This document shows, one piece after another, positions 28,301-42,466 of a stretch of DNA of 64,000 bases. Each line of letters begins with the position of its first letter. Position 1 is the first letter of the stretch. The position numbers and the translations under genes are program-made. A model generated the notes under the pieces. The model was not told where the DNA came from and did no database searches. It worked only from the letters and a program-made list of their open reading frames with translations. Origin of the DNA: the human T2T-CHM13v2.0 reference genome, Homo sapiens; the NCBI RefSeq assembly GCF_009914755.1, contig NC_060933.1; one strand, written 5' to 3'.

Positions 28301-31300
28301 CGGAATGGAGTGGAATGGAATGGAATCAACCCGAGTGCAGGGGAATGGAATGGAATGGAATGCAATGGAATGGAATCATCCGGAATGGAATGGAATGGAA
28401 TGGAATGCAAAGCAATGGAATCAACTCGATTGCAATGGAATGGAATGGAATGGAAAGGAATACATTGGAATCAACCCGAGTGGAATGGAATGGAAAGGAC
28501 TGGAATGGAGTGGAATGGAATGGAATGGAATGGAATGGAATCAACTCGATTGGAATGGAATGGAATGGAATGGAATGGAATGGAATTAACCCGAATAGAA
28601 TGGAATGGAATGGAATGGAACGGAACGGAACGGAATGGAATGGAATGGAAAGGAATGGAATGGAATGGAATGGAATCAACCCGACTGAAGGGGAATGGAA
28701 TGGAACGGAACGGAATGGAATGGAATGGAAAGGAATGGAATGGAATGGAATGGAATCAACCCGACTGCAGGGGAATGGAATGGAATGGAATGCAATGGAA
28801 TGGATTCAACTTGAATGGAATGGAAAGAATGGAATCAACACGAGTGGAATGGCATGGATTGGAATGGAATGGAATGGAATGAACCCGAGTACAGGGGAAT
28901 GGAATGGAATGGAATGCAATGGAATGGAATCATCCGGAATGGAATGGAATGGAATGGAATGGAATGGAATGGAATGGAATGGAATGGAATCAACTCGATT
29001 GCAATCGAATGGAATGGAATGGAATTAACCCGAATAGAATGGAATGGAATGGAATGGAACGGAACGGAACAGAATGGAATGGAATGGAATGGAATGGAAT
29101 GGAATGGAACGGAAAGGAATGGAATGGAATGGAATGGAATGGAATGGAATGGAATGGAATCAACGCGAGTGCAGGGGAATGGAATGGAATGGAATGCAAT
29201 GGAATGGAATCTTCCGGAATGGAATGGAATGGAATGGAATGGAATGGAATGGAATGGAATAAACCCGAGTGCAATGGAATGGAGTGGAATGGAATGGAAT
29301 GGAATGGAACAGCCCGAATGGAATGGAATGTAATGGAGAGTAAGGGAGTTGAATAGAATCAATCCGAATGTAATGGAATGGAATGGAACGGAATGGAATT
29401 GAATGGAATGGAATGGAATGCAATGGAATGGAATCAACCCGAGTGCAATGGAATGGAGAGGAATGGAATGGAATGGAATGGAAACTACCCGAATGGAATG
29501 GCATGTAATGGAGTGTAAGGGAATTGAATAGAATCAATCCGAATGTAATGGAATGGAATGGAATGCAATGGAATGGAATCAACCCGAGTGCAATCGAATG
29601 GAATCGAATGGAATGGAATGCAATGGAATGGATTCAACTTGAATGGAATGGAAAGAATGGAATCAACACGAGTGGAAGGGCATGGATTAGAATGCAATGG
29701 AATGGAATCAACCCGAGTACAGGGGAATGGAATGGAATGGAATGCAATGGAATGGAATCATCCGTAATGGAATGGAAAGGAATGGAATGGAATGGAATGG
29801 AATGGAATGGAATGGAATGGAATGGAATCATCCCGAGTGCAGGGGAATGGAATGGAATGCAATGGAATGGAATGGAATGGAATGGAATGGAGTGGAATGG
29901 AATGGAATCAACCCGAGTGCAGGGGAATGGAATGGAATGGAATGCAATGGAATGGAATCATCCGGAATGGAATGGAATGGAATGGAATGCAAAGCAATGG
30001 AATCAACTCGATTGCAATGGAATGGAATGGAATGGAAAGGAATACATTGGAATCAACCCGAGTGGAATGGAATGGAATGGACTGGAATGGAGTGGAATGG
30101 AATGGAATCAACCCGACTGCAGGGGAATGGAATGGAATGGAATGCAATGGAATGGATTCAACTTGAATGGAATGGAAAGAATGGAATCAACACGAGTGGA
30201 ATGGCATGGATTGGAATGGAATGGAATGGAATCAACCCGAGTACAGGGGAATGGAATGGAATGGAATGCAATGGAATGGAATCATCCGTAATGGAATGGA
30301 AAGGAATGGAATGGAATGGAATGGAATGGAATGGAATCAACTCGATTGCAGTCGAATGGAATGGAATGGAATTAACCCGAATAGAATGGAATGGAATGGA
30401 ATGGAACGGAACGGAATGGAATGGAATGGAATGGAATGGAATGGAATGGAACGGAACGGAATGGAATGGAATGGAATGGAATGGAATGGAATGGAATGGA
30501 ATCAACGCGAGTGCAGGGGAATGGAATGGAATGGAATGAAATGGAATGGAATCTTCCGGAATGGAATGGAATTGAATGGAATGGAATGGAATGGTATGGA
30601 ATAAACCCGAGTGCAATGGAATGGAGTGGAATGGAATGGAATGGAATGGAACAACCCGAATGGAATGGAATGTAATGGAGACTAAGGGAGTTGAATAGAA
30701 TAAATCTAAAGGTAATGGAATGGAAAGGAACGGAATGGAATTGAATGGAATGGAATGGAATGCAATGGAATGCAATCAACCACAGTACAATGGAATGGAA
30801 TGGAATGGAATGGAATGGAATGGAATGCCTTCAAACCGAATGGAATGGAAAGGAATGGAATCAACACGAGTGGAATGGAATGGAATGGAATGGAATGGAA
30901 GGGAATGATACGGAGTAGAATGGAATGGAACGAAATGGAATGGAATGGAATGGAATGGAATGGAATGGAATCGTTCCGAGTGGAATAGGAGGGAATGTAT
31001 TCGAGTGGAATGGAAAGGAATGGAATCAACCAGAGTGGAATGGAAGGGAATGGAATGGAATGGAAACTAATAGAATGGAATCAACCCGAGTGGAATGGAA
31101 TGGAAAGGACTGGAATGGAATGGAATGGAATGGAATCAACTCGATTGTAATGGAATGGAATGGAATGGAATGGAATGGAATGGAATTAACCCGAATACAA
31201 TGGAATGGAATGGAATGGAACGGAATGGAGTGGAATGGAATGGAATCAACCCGAGTGCAGGGGAATGGAATGGAATGGAATGCAATGGAATGGAATCATC

Positions 31301-33000
31301 CGGAATGGAATGGAATGGAATGGAATGCAAAGCAATGGAATCAACTCGATTGCAATGGAATGGAATGGAATGGAAAGGAATACATTGGAATCAACCCGAG
31401 TGGAATGGAATGGAAAGGACTGGAATGGAGTGGAATGGAATGGAATGGAATGGAATGGAATCAACTCGATTGGAATGGAATGGAATGGAATGGAATGGAA
31501 TGGAATGGAATGGAATTAACCCGAATAGAATGGAATGGAATGGAATGGAACGGAACGGAACGGAATGGAATGGAATGGAAAGGAATGGAATGGAATGGAA
31601 TGGAATCAACCCGACTGCAGGGGAATGGAATGGAATGGAATGCAATGGAATGGATTCAACTTGAATGGAATGGAAAGAATGGAATCAACACGAGTGGAAT
31701 GGCATGGATTGGAATGGAATGGAATGGAATGAACCCGAGTACAGGGGAATGGAATGGAATGGAATGCAATGGAATGGAATCATCCGGAATGGAATGGAAT
31801 GGAATGGAATGGAATGGAATGGAATGGAATGGAATCAACTCGATTGCAATCGAATGGAATGGAATGGAATTAACCCGAATAGAATGGAATGGAATGGAAT
31901 GGAACGGAACGGAACAGAATGGAATGGAATGGAATGGAATGGAATGGAATGGAACGGAAAGGAATGGAATGGAATGGAATGGAATGGAATGGAATGGAAT
32001 GGAATCAACGCGAGTGCAGGGGAATGGAATGGAATGGAATGCAATGGAATGGAATCTTCCGGAATGGAATGGAATGGAATGGAATGGAATGGAATGGAAT
32101 GGAATAAACCCGAGTGCAATGGAATGGAGTGGAATGGAATGGAATGGAATGGAACAGCCCGAATGGAATGGAATGTAATGGAGAGTAAGGGAGTTGAATA
32201 GAATCAATCCGAATGTAATGGAATGGAATGGAACGGAATGGAATTGAATGGAATGGAATGGAATGCAATGGAATGGAATCAACCCGAGTGCAATGGAATG
32301 GAGAGGAATGGAATGGAATGGAATGGAAACTACCCGAATGGAATGGCATGTAATGGAGTGTAAGGGAATTGAATAGAATCAATCCGAATGTAATGGAATG
32401 GAATGGAATGGAATGGAATGCAATGGAATGGAATCAACCAGAGTGCAATCGAATGGAATCGAATGGAATGGAATGCAATGGAATGGATTCAACTTGAATG
32501 GAATGGAAAGAATGGAATCAACACGAGTGGAAGGGCATGGATTAGAATGCAATGGAATGGAATCAACCCGAGTACAGGGGAATGGAATGGAATGGAATGC
32601 AATGGAATGGAATCAACACGATTGCAATCGAATGGAATGGAATGGAATTAACCCGAATAGAATGGAATGGAATGGAATGGAACGGAACGGAATTGAATGG
32701 AATGGAATCAACCCGAGTGCAGGGGAATGGAATGGAATGGAATGCAATGGAATGGAATCATCCGGAATGGAATGGAATGGAATGGAATGCAAAGCAATGG
32801 AATCAACTCGATTGCAATGGAATGGAATGGAATGGAAAGGAATACATTGGAATCAACCCGAGTGGAATGGAATGGAAAGGACTGGAATGGAGTGGAATGT
32901 AATGGAATGGAATGGAATGGAATCAACTCGATTGGAATGGAATGGAATGGAATGTAATTAACCCGAATAGAATGGAATGGAATGGAATGTAACGGAATGG
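22400..33000 (+). repeat. Tandem run of ~2.4-3.0-kb higher-order units (about four; diverged continuation to ~35.9 kb)
   Basis: Marker AGCCCGAATG at 23876, 26291, 29311, 32156 (spacings 2415, 3020, 2845). Marker ATTAGAATGC at 24261, 26676, 29686, 32541 (spacings 2415, 3010, 2855). Confidence 0.88.
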
Positions 33001-36000
33001 AACGGAATGGAATGAAATGGAATGGAATGGAATGGAATGGAATGGAATCAACCCGACTGCAGGGGAATGGAATGGAATGGAATGCAATGGAATGGATTCA
33101 ACTTGAATGGAATGGAAAGAATGGAATCAACACGAGTGGAATGGCATGGATTGGAATGGAATGGAATGGAATCAACCCGAGTACAGGGGAATGGAATGGA
33201 ATGGAATGCAATGGAATGGAATCATCCGTAATGGAATGGAAAGGAATGGAATGGAATGGAATGGAATGGAATGGAATGGAATCAACTCGATTGCAGTCGA
33301 ATGGAATGGAATGGAATTAACCGGAATAGAATGGAATGGAATGGAATGGAACGGAACGGAACGGAACGGAACGGAATGGAATGGAATGGAATGGAATGGA
33401 ACGGAAAGGAATGGAATGGAATGGAATGGAATGGAATGCAATGGAATGGAATCAATGCGAGTGCAGGGGAATGGAATGGAATGGAATGCAATGGAATGGA
33501 ATCTTCCGGAATGGAATGGAATGGAATGGAATGGAATGGAATGGAATGGAATAAACCCGAGTGCAATGGAATGGAGTGGAATGGAATGGAATGGAATGGA
33601 ACAACCCGAATGGAATGGAATGTAATGGAGAGTAAGGGAGTTGAATAGAATCAATCCGAATGTAATGGAATGGAATGGAAAGGAATCGAGTTGAATGGAA
33701 TGGAATGGAATGCAATGGAATGGAATCAACCCGAGTGCAATGGAATGGAAAGGAATGGAATGGAATGGAATGGAAACTACCCGAATGGAATGGAATGTAA
33801 TGGAGTGTAAGGGAATTGAATAGAATCAATCCGAATGTAACGGAATGGAATGGAACGGAATGGAATGGAATGGAATGGAATGGAATGGAATGGAATGGAA
33901 TGCAATGGAATGGAATCAACCCGAGTGCAATCGAATGGAATCGAATGGAATGGAATGCAATGGAATGGATTCAACTTGAATGGAATGGAAAGAATGGAAT
34001 CAACACGAGTGGAAGTGCATGGATTGGAATGCAATGGAATGGAATCAACCTGAGTACAGGGGAATGGAAGGGAATGGAATGCAATGGAATGGAATCATCC
34101 GTAATGGAATGGAAAGGAATGGAATGGAATGGAATGGAATGGAATGGAATGGAATGGAATCAACTCGATTGCAATCGAATGGAATGGAATGGAATTAACC
34201 CAAATAGAATGGAATGGAATGGAATGGAACGGAACGGAACGGAATGGAATGGAATGGAATGGAATGGAATGGAATGGAACGGAACGGAACGGAATGGAAT
34301 GGAATGGAATGGAATGGAATGGAATGGAATCAACGCGAGTGCAGGGGAATGGAATGGAATGGAATGCAATGGAATGGAATCTTCCGGAATGGAATGGAAT
34401 GGAATGGAATGGAATGGAATGGAATGGAATGGAATCAACCCGAGTGCAATGGAATGGAGTGGAATGGAATGGAATGGAATGGAACAACCCGAATGGAATG
34501 GAATGCAATGGAGAGTAATGGAGTTGAATAGAATCAATCCGAATGTAATGGAATGGAATGGAACGGAATGGAATGGAATGGAATGGAATGGAATGCAATG
34601 GAATGGAATCAACCCGAGTTCAATGGAATGGAGAGGAATGGAATGGAATGGAATGGAAATTACCCGAATGGAATGTAATGTAATGGAGTGTAAGGGAATT
34701 GAATAGAATCAATCCGAATGTAATGGAATGGAATGGAACGGAATGGAATGGAATGGAATGGAATGGAATGCAATGGAATGGAATCACCCCGAGTGCAATC
34801 GAATGTAATCGAATGGAATGGAATGCAATGGAATGGATTCAACTTGAATGGAATGGAAAGAATGGAATCAACACGAGTGGAATGGCATGGATTGGAATGG
34901 AATGGAATGGAATCAACCCGAGTACAGGGGAATGGAATGGAATGGAATGCAATGGAATGGAATCATCCGTAATGGAATGGAAAGGAATGGAATGGAATGG
35001 AATGGAATGGAATGGAATGGAATGGAATGGAATCAACCCGAGTGCAGGCGAATGGAATGGAATGCAATGGAATGGAATGGAATGGAATGGAGTGGAATGG
35101 AATGGAATCAACCCGAGTGCAGGGGAATGGAATGGAATGGAATGCAATGGAATGGAATCATCCGGAATGGAATGGAATGGAATGGAATGCAAAGCAATGG
35201 AATCAACTCGATTGCAATGGAATGGAATGGAATGGAAAGGAATACATTGGAATCAACCCGAGTGGAATGGAATGGAAAGGACTGGAATGGAGTGGAATGG
35301 AATGGAATGCAATGGAATGGAATGGAATGGAATCAACTTGATTGGAATGGAATGGAATGGAATTGAATGGAATGGAATGGAATGGAATGGAATCAACCCG
35401 ACTGCAGGGGAATGGAATGGAATGGAATGCAATGGAATGGATTCAACTTGAATGGAATGGAAAGAATGGAATCAACACGAGTGGAATGGCATGGATTGGA
35501 ATGGAATGGAATGGAATCAACTCGAGTACAGGGGAATGGAATGGAATGGAATGCAATGGAATGGAATCATCCGTAATGGAATGGAAAGGAATGGAATGGA
35601 ATGGAATGGAATGGAATGGAATGGAATGGAATCAACTCGATTGCAATCGAATGGAATGGAATGGAATTAACCCGAATAGAATGGAATGGAATGGAATGGA
35701 ACGGAACGGAATGGAATGGAATGGAATGGAATGGAATGGAGTGGAATCAACGCGAGTGCAGGGGAATGGAATGGAATGGAATGAAATGGAATGGAATCTT
35801 CCGGAATGGAATGGAATGGAATGGAATGGAATGGAATGGTATGGAATAAACCCCAGTGCAATGGAATGGAGTGGAATGGAATGGAATGGAATGGAACAAC
35901 CCGAATGGAATGGAATGTAATGGAGATTAAGGGAGTTGAATAGAATCAATCCAAATGTAATGGAATGGAATGGAACGGAATGGAATTGAATGGAATGGAA

Positions 36001-38846
36001 TGGAATGCAATGGAATGGAAACTTCCGGAATGGAATGGAATGGAATGGAATGGAATGAAATGCAATGGATTCAACTCGATTGCAATGGAATGGAATAGAA
36101 CGGAATGGAATGGAATGGAATGGAACTAATCCGAATAGAATGGAATGGAATGGAATGGGATTAACCTGAATAGAATGGAAAGGAATGGAATGGAATGGAA
36201 TGGAATGGTATGGAATGGAATGGAATGGTACGGAATAGAATGGAATGGAACGAATTGTATTGGAATGGAATTGAATGGAATGGAATGGAATTGAATGGAA
36301 TCAACGTGAGCGCAGGGGAATGTAATGGAACGGAATGCAATGGAATGGAATCATCCGGAATGGAATGGAATGGAATGGAATGGAATGGAATGGAATGGAA
36401 CAACCCGAATGGAATGGAATATAATGGAGAGTAAGGGAGTTGAATAGAATCAATCGGAATGTAATGGAATGGAATGCAACGGAATGGAATGGAATGGAAT
36501 GGAATGGAATGGAATGGAATGGAATGCAAAGGAATGGAATCAACCCGAGTGGAATGGCATGGAATGGAATGCAATGGAATGGAATGGAATGGTATCAACT
36601 CGAGTAGAAAGGAATGGAATGGAATGGAAAGGAATGGAATGAAATCAACTCGAGTGGAATGGAATGGAATGGATTGGAATGGATTGCAATGGAATGAAAT
36701 GGAATGGAATGGAATGGAATCAATCATTCCGAGTGGAATGGAAGGGAATGTAAAGGAGTGGAAAGAATGGAATGGAATCAACTCGATTGCAATGGAATGG
36801 AATGGAATGGAATGGAATGGAATGGAATGGAATTAACCGGAATAGAATGGAATGGAATGGAATGGAACGGAATGGAATGGAATAGAAGGTAATGGAATCA
36901 ACACGAGTGCAGGGGAATGGAATGGAATGGAATGCAATGGAATGGAATCATCCGGAATGGAATGGAATGGAATGGAATCAACTCCATTGCAATGGAATGG
37001 AATGGAATGGAATGGAATATAATGGAATGGAATTAACCCGAATAGAATGGAATGCAATAGAATGGAATGGAACGGAACCGAATGGAGTGGAATGGAATGG
37101 AATGGAATCAACCTCAGTGCAGGGGAATGGAATGGAATGGAATGCAATGGAATGGAATCATCCGGAAAGGAATGGAATGGAATGGAATGGAATGGAATCA
37201 AACCAAGTGCAATGGAATGGAGTGAAATGGATTGGAATGGAATGGAAACAACCAGAATGGATGGGAATATAATGGAGTGTTAGGGAATTGAATAGAATCA
37301 ATCTGAATGTAATGAAATGGAATGGAACGGAATGGAATGGAATGGAATGGAATCGAATGGAATGGAATGGAATGGAATCAACTGGTGTGGAATGGCATGG
37401 AATGGAATGCAATGGAATGGAATGGAATGGAATGGAATAGTTCGAAATAGAATGGATTGGAACAAAATGGAATGGAATGGAATGGAATGGAATGGAATCA
37501 AGTCGATTGCAGTGGAATAGAATGGAATGGAATGGAACGGATTGGAATGGAATGGAATGGAATGGAATTAAATGGAATGGAACGGAATGGAATCAACCCG
37601 AGTGCAGGGGAAAGGAATGGAATGGATTGCAATGGAATGGAATGGAATGGAATGGAATGGAATGGAATGGAATCCACCCGAGTGGAATGGCATGGAATGG
37701 AATGCAAAGGAATGGAATGGAATGGAATCAACTCGAGTGGAAAGGAATGGAATGGAATGGAAAGGAATGGAATGAAATCAACTCGAGTGGAATGGAATAT
37801 AATGGAATGGATTGGAATGGATTGCAATGGAATGAAATGGAATGGAATGGAATGGAATCAATCATTCCAAGTGGAATGGAAGGGAATGTAATGGAGTGGA
37901 AAGAAGGGAATGGAATCAACCCGAGTGGAATGCAGGGCAATGGAATGGAATTGAAAGGAATGGAATGGAATAAACTCGATTGCAATCGAATGGAATGGAA
38001 TGGAATGGAATGGAAAGGAATGGAATGGAAAGAAATGGGATGGAATGGAATGCAATGGAATGGAATCAACCTGAGTGCAATCGAATGGAATCGAATGGAA
38101 TGGAATGCAATGGAATGGATTCAACTTGAATGGAATGGAAAGAATGGAATCAACACGAGTGGAATGGCATGGATTGGAATGGAATGGAATGGAATCAACC
38201 CGAGTACAGGGGAATGGAATGGAATGGAATGCAATGGAATGGAATCATCCGTAATGGAAAGGAAAGGAATGGAATGGAAAGGAATGGAATGGAATGGAAT
38301 GGAATGGAATCAACTCGATTGCAATCGAATGGAATGGAATGGAATTAACCCGAATAGAATGGAATGGAATGGAATGGAACGGAACGGAACGGAATGGAAT
38401 GGAATGGAATGGAAAGGAACAGAAAGGAATGGAATGGAATGGAATGGAATGGAATGGAATGGAATGGAATGGAATCAACGCGAGTGCAGGGGAATAGAAT
38501 GGAATGGAATGTAATGGAATGGAATCTTCCGGAATGGAATGGAATGGAGTGGAATCAACCTGAATGGAATCGAATGTAATGGAGAGTAAGGGAGTTGAAT
38601 AGAATCAATCCGAATGTAATGGAATGGAATGGAACGGAATGGAATTGAATGGAATGGAATGGAATGCAATGGAATGGAATCAACCCGAGTGCAATGGAAT
38701 GGAGAGGAAGGGAATGGAATGGAGTGGAAACTACCCGAATGGAATGGAATGTAATGGAGTGTAAGGGAATTGAATAGAATCAATCCGAATGTAATGGAAT
38801 GGAATGGAACGGAATGGAATGGAATGGAATGGAATGGAAAGAAGGT

Positions 38847-38874
38847 AATGGAATCAACCCGAGTTGATTCCATT
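38847..38874. other. Satellite inversion (strand-switch) junction with 12-bp inverted repeat AATGGAATCAAC-CCGA-GTTGATTCCATT
   Basis: Read directly: ...gaaggtAATGGAATCAAC ccga GTTGATTCCATTgctttg... Polarity changes here with no inserted foreign DNA. CGAGT (38860-38864) can belong to either arm. Confidence 0.97.
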
Positions 38875-41800
38875 GCTTTGCATTCCGTTCCATTCCATTC
38901 CTTTTCATTGTATTCGGGTTAATTCCATTGCATTCCATTCCATTCCTTTCCATTCCATTCCATTCCATTACAATGGAGTTGATTCCATTCCATTCCATTC
39001 CATTCCATTCCATTCCATTCCATTCCAGTCCTTTCCATTCCATTCCACTCGGGTTGATTCCATTCTATTAGTTTCCATTCCATTCCATTCCCTTCCATTC
39101 CACTCTGGTTGATTCCATTCCTTTCCATTTCACTCGAATACATTCCCTCCTATTCCACTCGGAAGGATTCCATTCCATTCCATTCCATTCCATTCCATTC
39201 CATTCCATTTCGTTCCATTCCATTCTATTCCGTACCATTCCATTCCATTCCATTCCATTCCATTCCATTCCATTCCACTCGTGTTGATTACATTCCTTTC
39301 CATTGTATTCAGTTTGAAGGCATTCCATTCCATTCCATTCCATTCCATTCCATTCCATTCCATTCCATTCCATTCCATTCCATTGTACTCGGGTTGATTC
39401 CATTCCATTGCATTCCATTCCATTCCATTCCATTCCATTCCATTCCATTCCATTCCATTCCATTCCATTCCGGATGATTCCATTCCATTGCATTCCATTC
39501 CATTCCATTCCCCTGCACTCGGGTTGATTACGTTCCATTCCCTTCCCTTCCATTCCTTTCCATTCTATTCCATTCCATTCTATTCGGGTGAATTCCATTC
39601 CATTCCATTCCATTCCATTCCATTCCATTCCATTCCATTCCATTCCATTCCATTGCAATCGAGTTGATTCCATTCCATTCCATTCCATTCCGTTCCGGAT
39701 GATTCCATTCCATTGCATTCCATTCCAGTCCATTCCCCTGCAGTCGGTTTGATTCCTTTCCACTCCATTCCATTCCATTCCATTTCATTCCATTCCATTC
39801 CATTCCCCTGCAGTCGGTATGATTCCTTTCCATTCCATTCCATTCCGTTCCATTCCATTCCATTCCGTTCCATTCCATTCCATTCCATTCTATTCGGGTT
39901 AATTCCATTCCATTCCTTTCCATTCCATTCCAATCGAGTTAATTCCATTCCATTGCATTCCATTCCACTCCATTCCAGTCCTTTCCTTTCCATTCCACTC
40001 GGGTTGATTCCATTCTATTCCTTTCCATTCCATTCCATTGCAATCGAGTTGATTCCATTGCATTGCATTCCATTCCATTCCATTCCATTCCGGATGATTC
40101 CATTCCATTACATTCCATTCCATTCCATTCCCCTGCACTCGGGTTGATTCCATTCCATTCCACTCCATTCCGTTCCATTGCATTCCATTCCATTGTATTC
40201 GGGTTAATTCCATTCCATTCCATTCCATTCCATTCCATTCCATTCCATTCCATTACAATCGAGTTGATTCCATTCCATTCCATTCCATTCCATTCCATTC
40301 CATTCCATTCCATTCCTTTCCATTCCATTCCACTCGGGTTGATTCCATTCTATTAGTTTCCATTCCATTCCATTCCCTTCCATTCCACTCTGGTTGATTC
40401 CATTCCTTTCCATTCCACTCGACTACATTCCCTCCTATTCCCTCGGAACAATTCCATTCCATTCCATTCCATTCTATTCCATTCCATTTCGTTCCATTCC
40501 ATTCTATTCCATACCATTCCATTCCATTCCATTCCATTCCATTCCATTCCACTCGTGTTGATTCCATTCCTTTCCATTCCATTCGGTTTGAAGCCATTCC
40601 ATCCCATTCAATTCCATTCCATTCCTTTCCATTCCATTTCGGATGATGCCATTCCATTGCTTTCCATTCCATTCCATTCCCCTGTACTCAGGTTTATTCC
40701 ATTCCATTCCATTGCAATCCATGCCGTTCCACTCATGTTGATTCCATTCTTTCCATTCCATTCAAGTTGAATCCATTCCATTGCATTCCATTCCATTCGA
40801 TTCCATTCGATTGCACTCGGGTTGATTCCATTCCATTCCATTCCATTCCATTCCGTTCCATTCCATTCCGTTCCATTCCATTCCATTACATTCGGATTGA
40901 TTATTTTTAACTCCCTTACTCTCCATTACATTCCATTCCATTCGGGTTCTTCCATTCCATTCCATTCCATTCCACTCCATTCCATTGCTCTCGGGTTGAT
41001 TCCATTCCATTGCATTCCATTCCATTCCATTCCATTCCATTCCATTCCGGATGATTCCATTCCATTGCATTCCGTTCTATTACATTCCCCTGCAATCGCG
41101 TTGATTCCATTCCATTCCATTCCATTCCATTCGATTCCATTCCATTCCAATTCGTTCCATTCCATTCTATTCCGTACCATTCCATTCCATTCCATAGCAT
41201 TCCATTCCATTCCATTCCATTCCATTCCTTTCCATTCTGTTCTATTCCGTTCCATTCCATTAAATTCCATTCCATTCTATTAGGGTTAATTCCATTCCAT
41301 TCCATTCCATTCCATTCCATTCCATTCTATTCCATTCCTTTCCAATCGAGTTGAATCCCTTGCATTCCATTCCATTCCATTCCATTCCATTCCATTCCAG
41401 AAGATTCCATTCCATTGCATGCCATTCCATTCCATTCCATTCCATTCCATTCCCCTGCACTCGCGTTGATTCCATTCCATTCCATTCCATTCCATGCCAT
41501 TCCATTCCGTTCCGTTCCGTTCCATTCCATTCCATTCCATTCCATTCCGTTCCGTTCCATTCCATTCCATTCCATTCTATTCGGGTTAATTCCATTCCAT
41601 TCCATTCGATTGCAATCGAGTTCATTCCATTCCATTCCTTTCCATTCCATTCCTTTCCATTCCATTACTAATGATTCCATTCCATTGCATTCCATTCCAT
41701 TCCATTCTCCTGTACTCGGGTTGATTCCATTCCATTCCATTCCATTCCATACCATTCCACTCGTGTTGATTCCATTCTTTCCATTCCATTCAAGTTGAAT

Positions 41801-42451
41801 CCATTCCATTGCATTCCATTCCATTCGATTCCATTCGATTGCACTCGGGTTGATTCCATTACATTGCATTCCATTCCATTCCATTCCATTCCATTCCATT
41901 CCATTGAACTCGGGTTGATTCCATTCCATTGCATTCCATTCCATTCCATTCCGTTCCATTCCATTCCATTACATTCGGGTTGATTCTATTCAACTCCCTT
42001 ACTCTCCATTACTTTCCATTCCATTCGTGCTGTTCCATTCCATTCCATTCCATTCCACTCCATTGCATTGCATTCGGGTTGATTCCATTCCATTCCATTC
42101 CATTCCATTCCATTCCATTCCGGATGATTCCACTCCATTGCATTCCATTCCATTACTTTCGCCTGCACTCGGGTTGATTCCATTACATTCCATTCCATTC
42201 CGTATCATTCCATTCGATTCCATTCCATTCCAATTCTTTCCTTTCCATTCTATTCCGTACCATTCCATTCCATTCCATACAATCCCATTCCATTCCATTC
42301 CATTCCATTCCATTCCGTTCCGTTCCGTTCCGTTCCATTCCATTCCATTCCATTCTATTCGGCTTAATTCCATTCCATTCCATTCCATTCTATTCCACTC
42401 CATTGCAATCGAGTTGAATCCATTGCATTCCATTCCATTCCATTCCATTCC

Positions 42452-42466
42452 ATTCCGGAAGATTCC
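42452..42466. promoter_or_regulatory. Canonical heat-shock element (aTTCcgGAAgaTTCc); representative of ~15 right-arm copies
   Basis: Reverse complement of the left-arm HSE. Other copies near 41394, 44518, 45986, 47845, 49309, 51517, 51832, 52705, 56517, 58179, 60266, 60886, 61744, 63872. Confidence 0.62.

Larger units (their letters stand above)
1..38864 (+). repeat. Human satellite III (HSat3) array, G-rich (GGAAT)n strand on +
   Basis: Continuous GGAAT pentamers with interspersed CAACCCGAGT/CAACTCGATT/TAACCCGAAT motifs, the classical SatIII signature. No unique sequence interrupts it. Confidence 0.98.

Noticed and set aside
1-38860. Canonical G-quadruplex array
   Set aside because: The G runs are almost all GG, with isolated GGGG far apart, so there is no four-G3-tract pattern.
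38800-38920. Mobile element or target-site duplication at the junction
   Set aside because: Every base is assignable to one of the two satellite arms. There is no Alu/L1 sequence, poly(A) or TSD.
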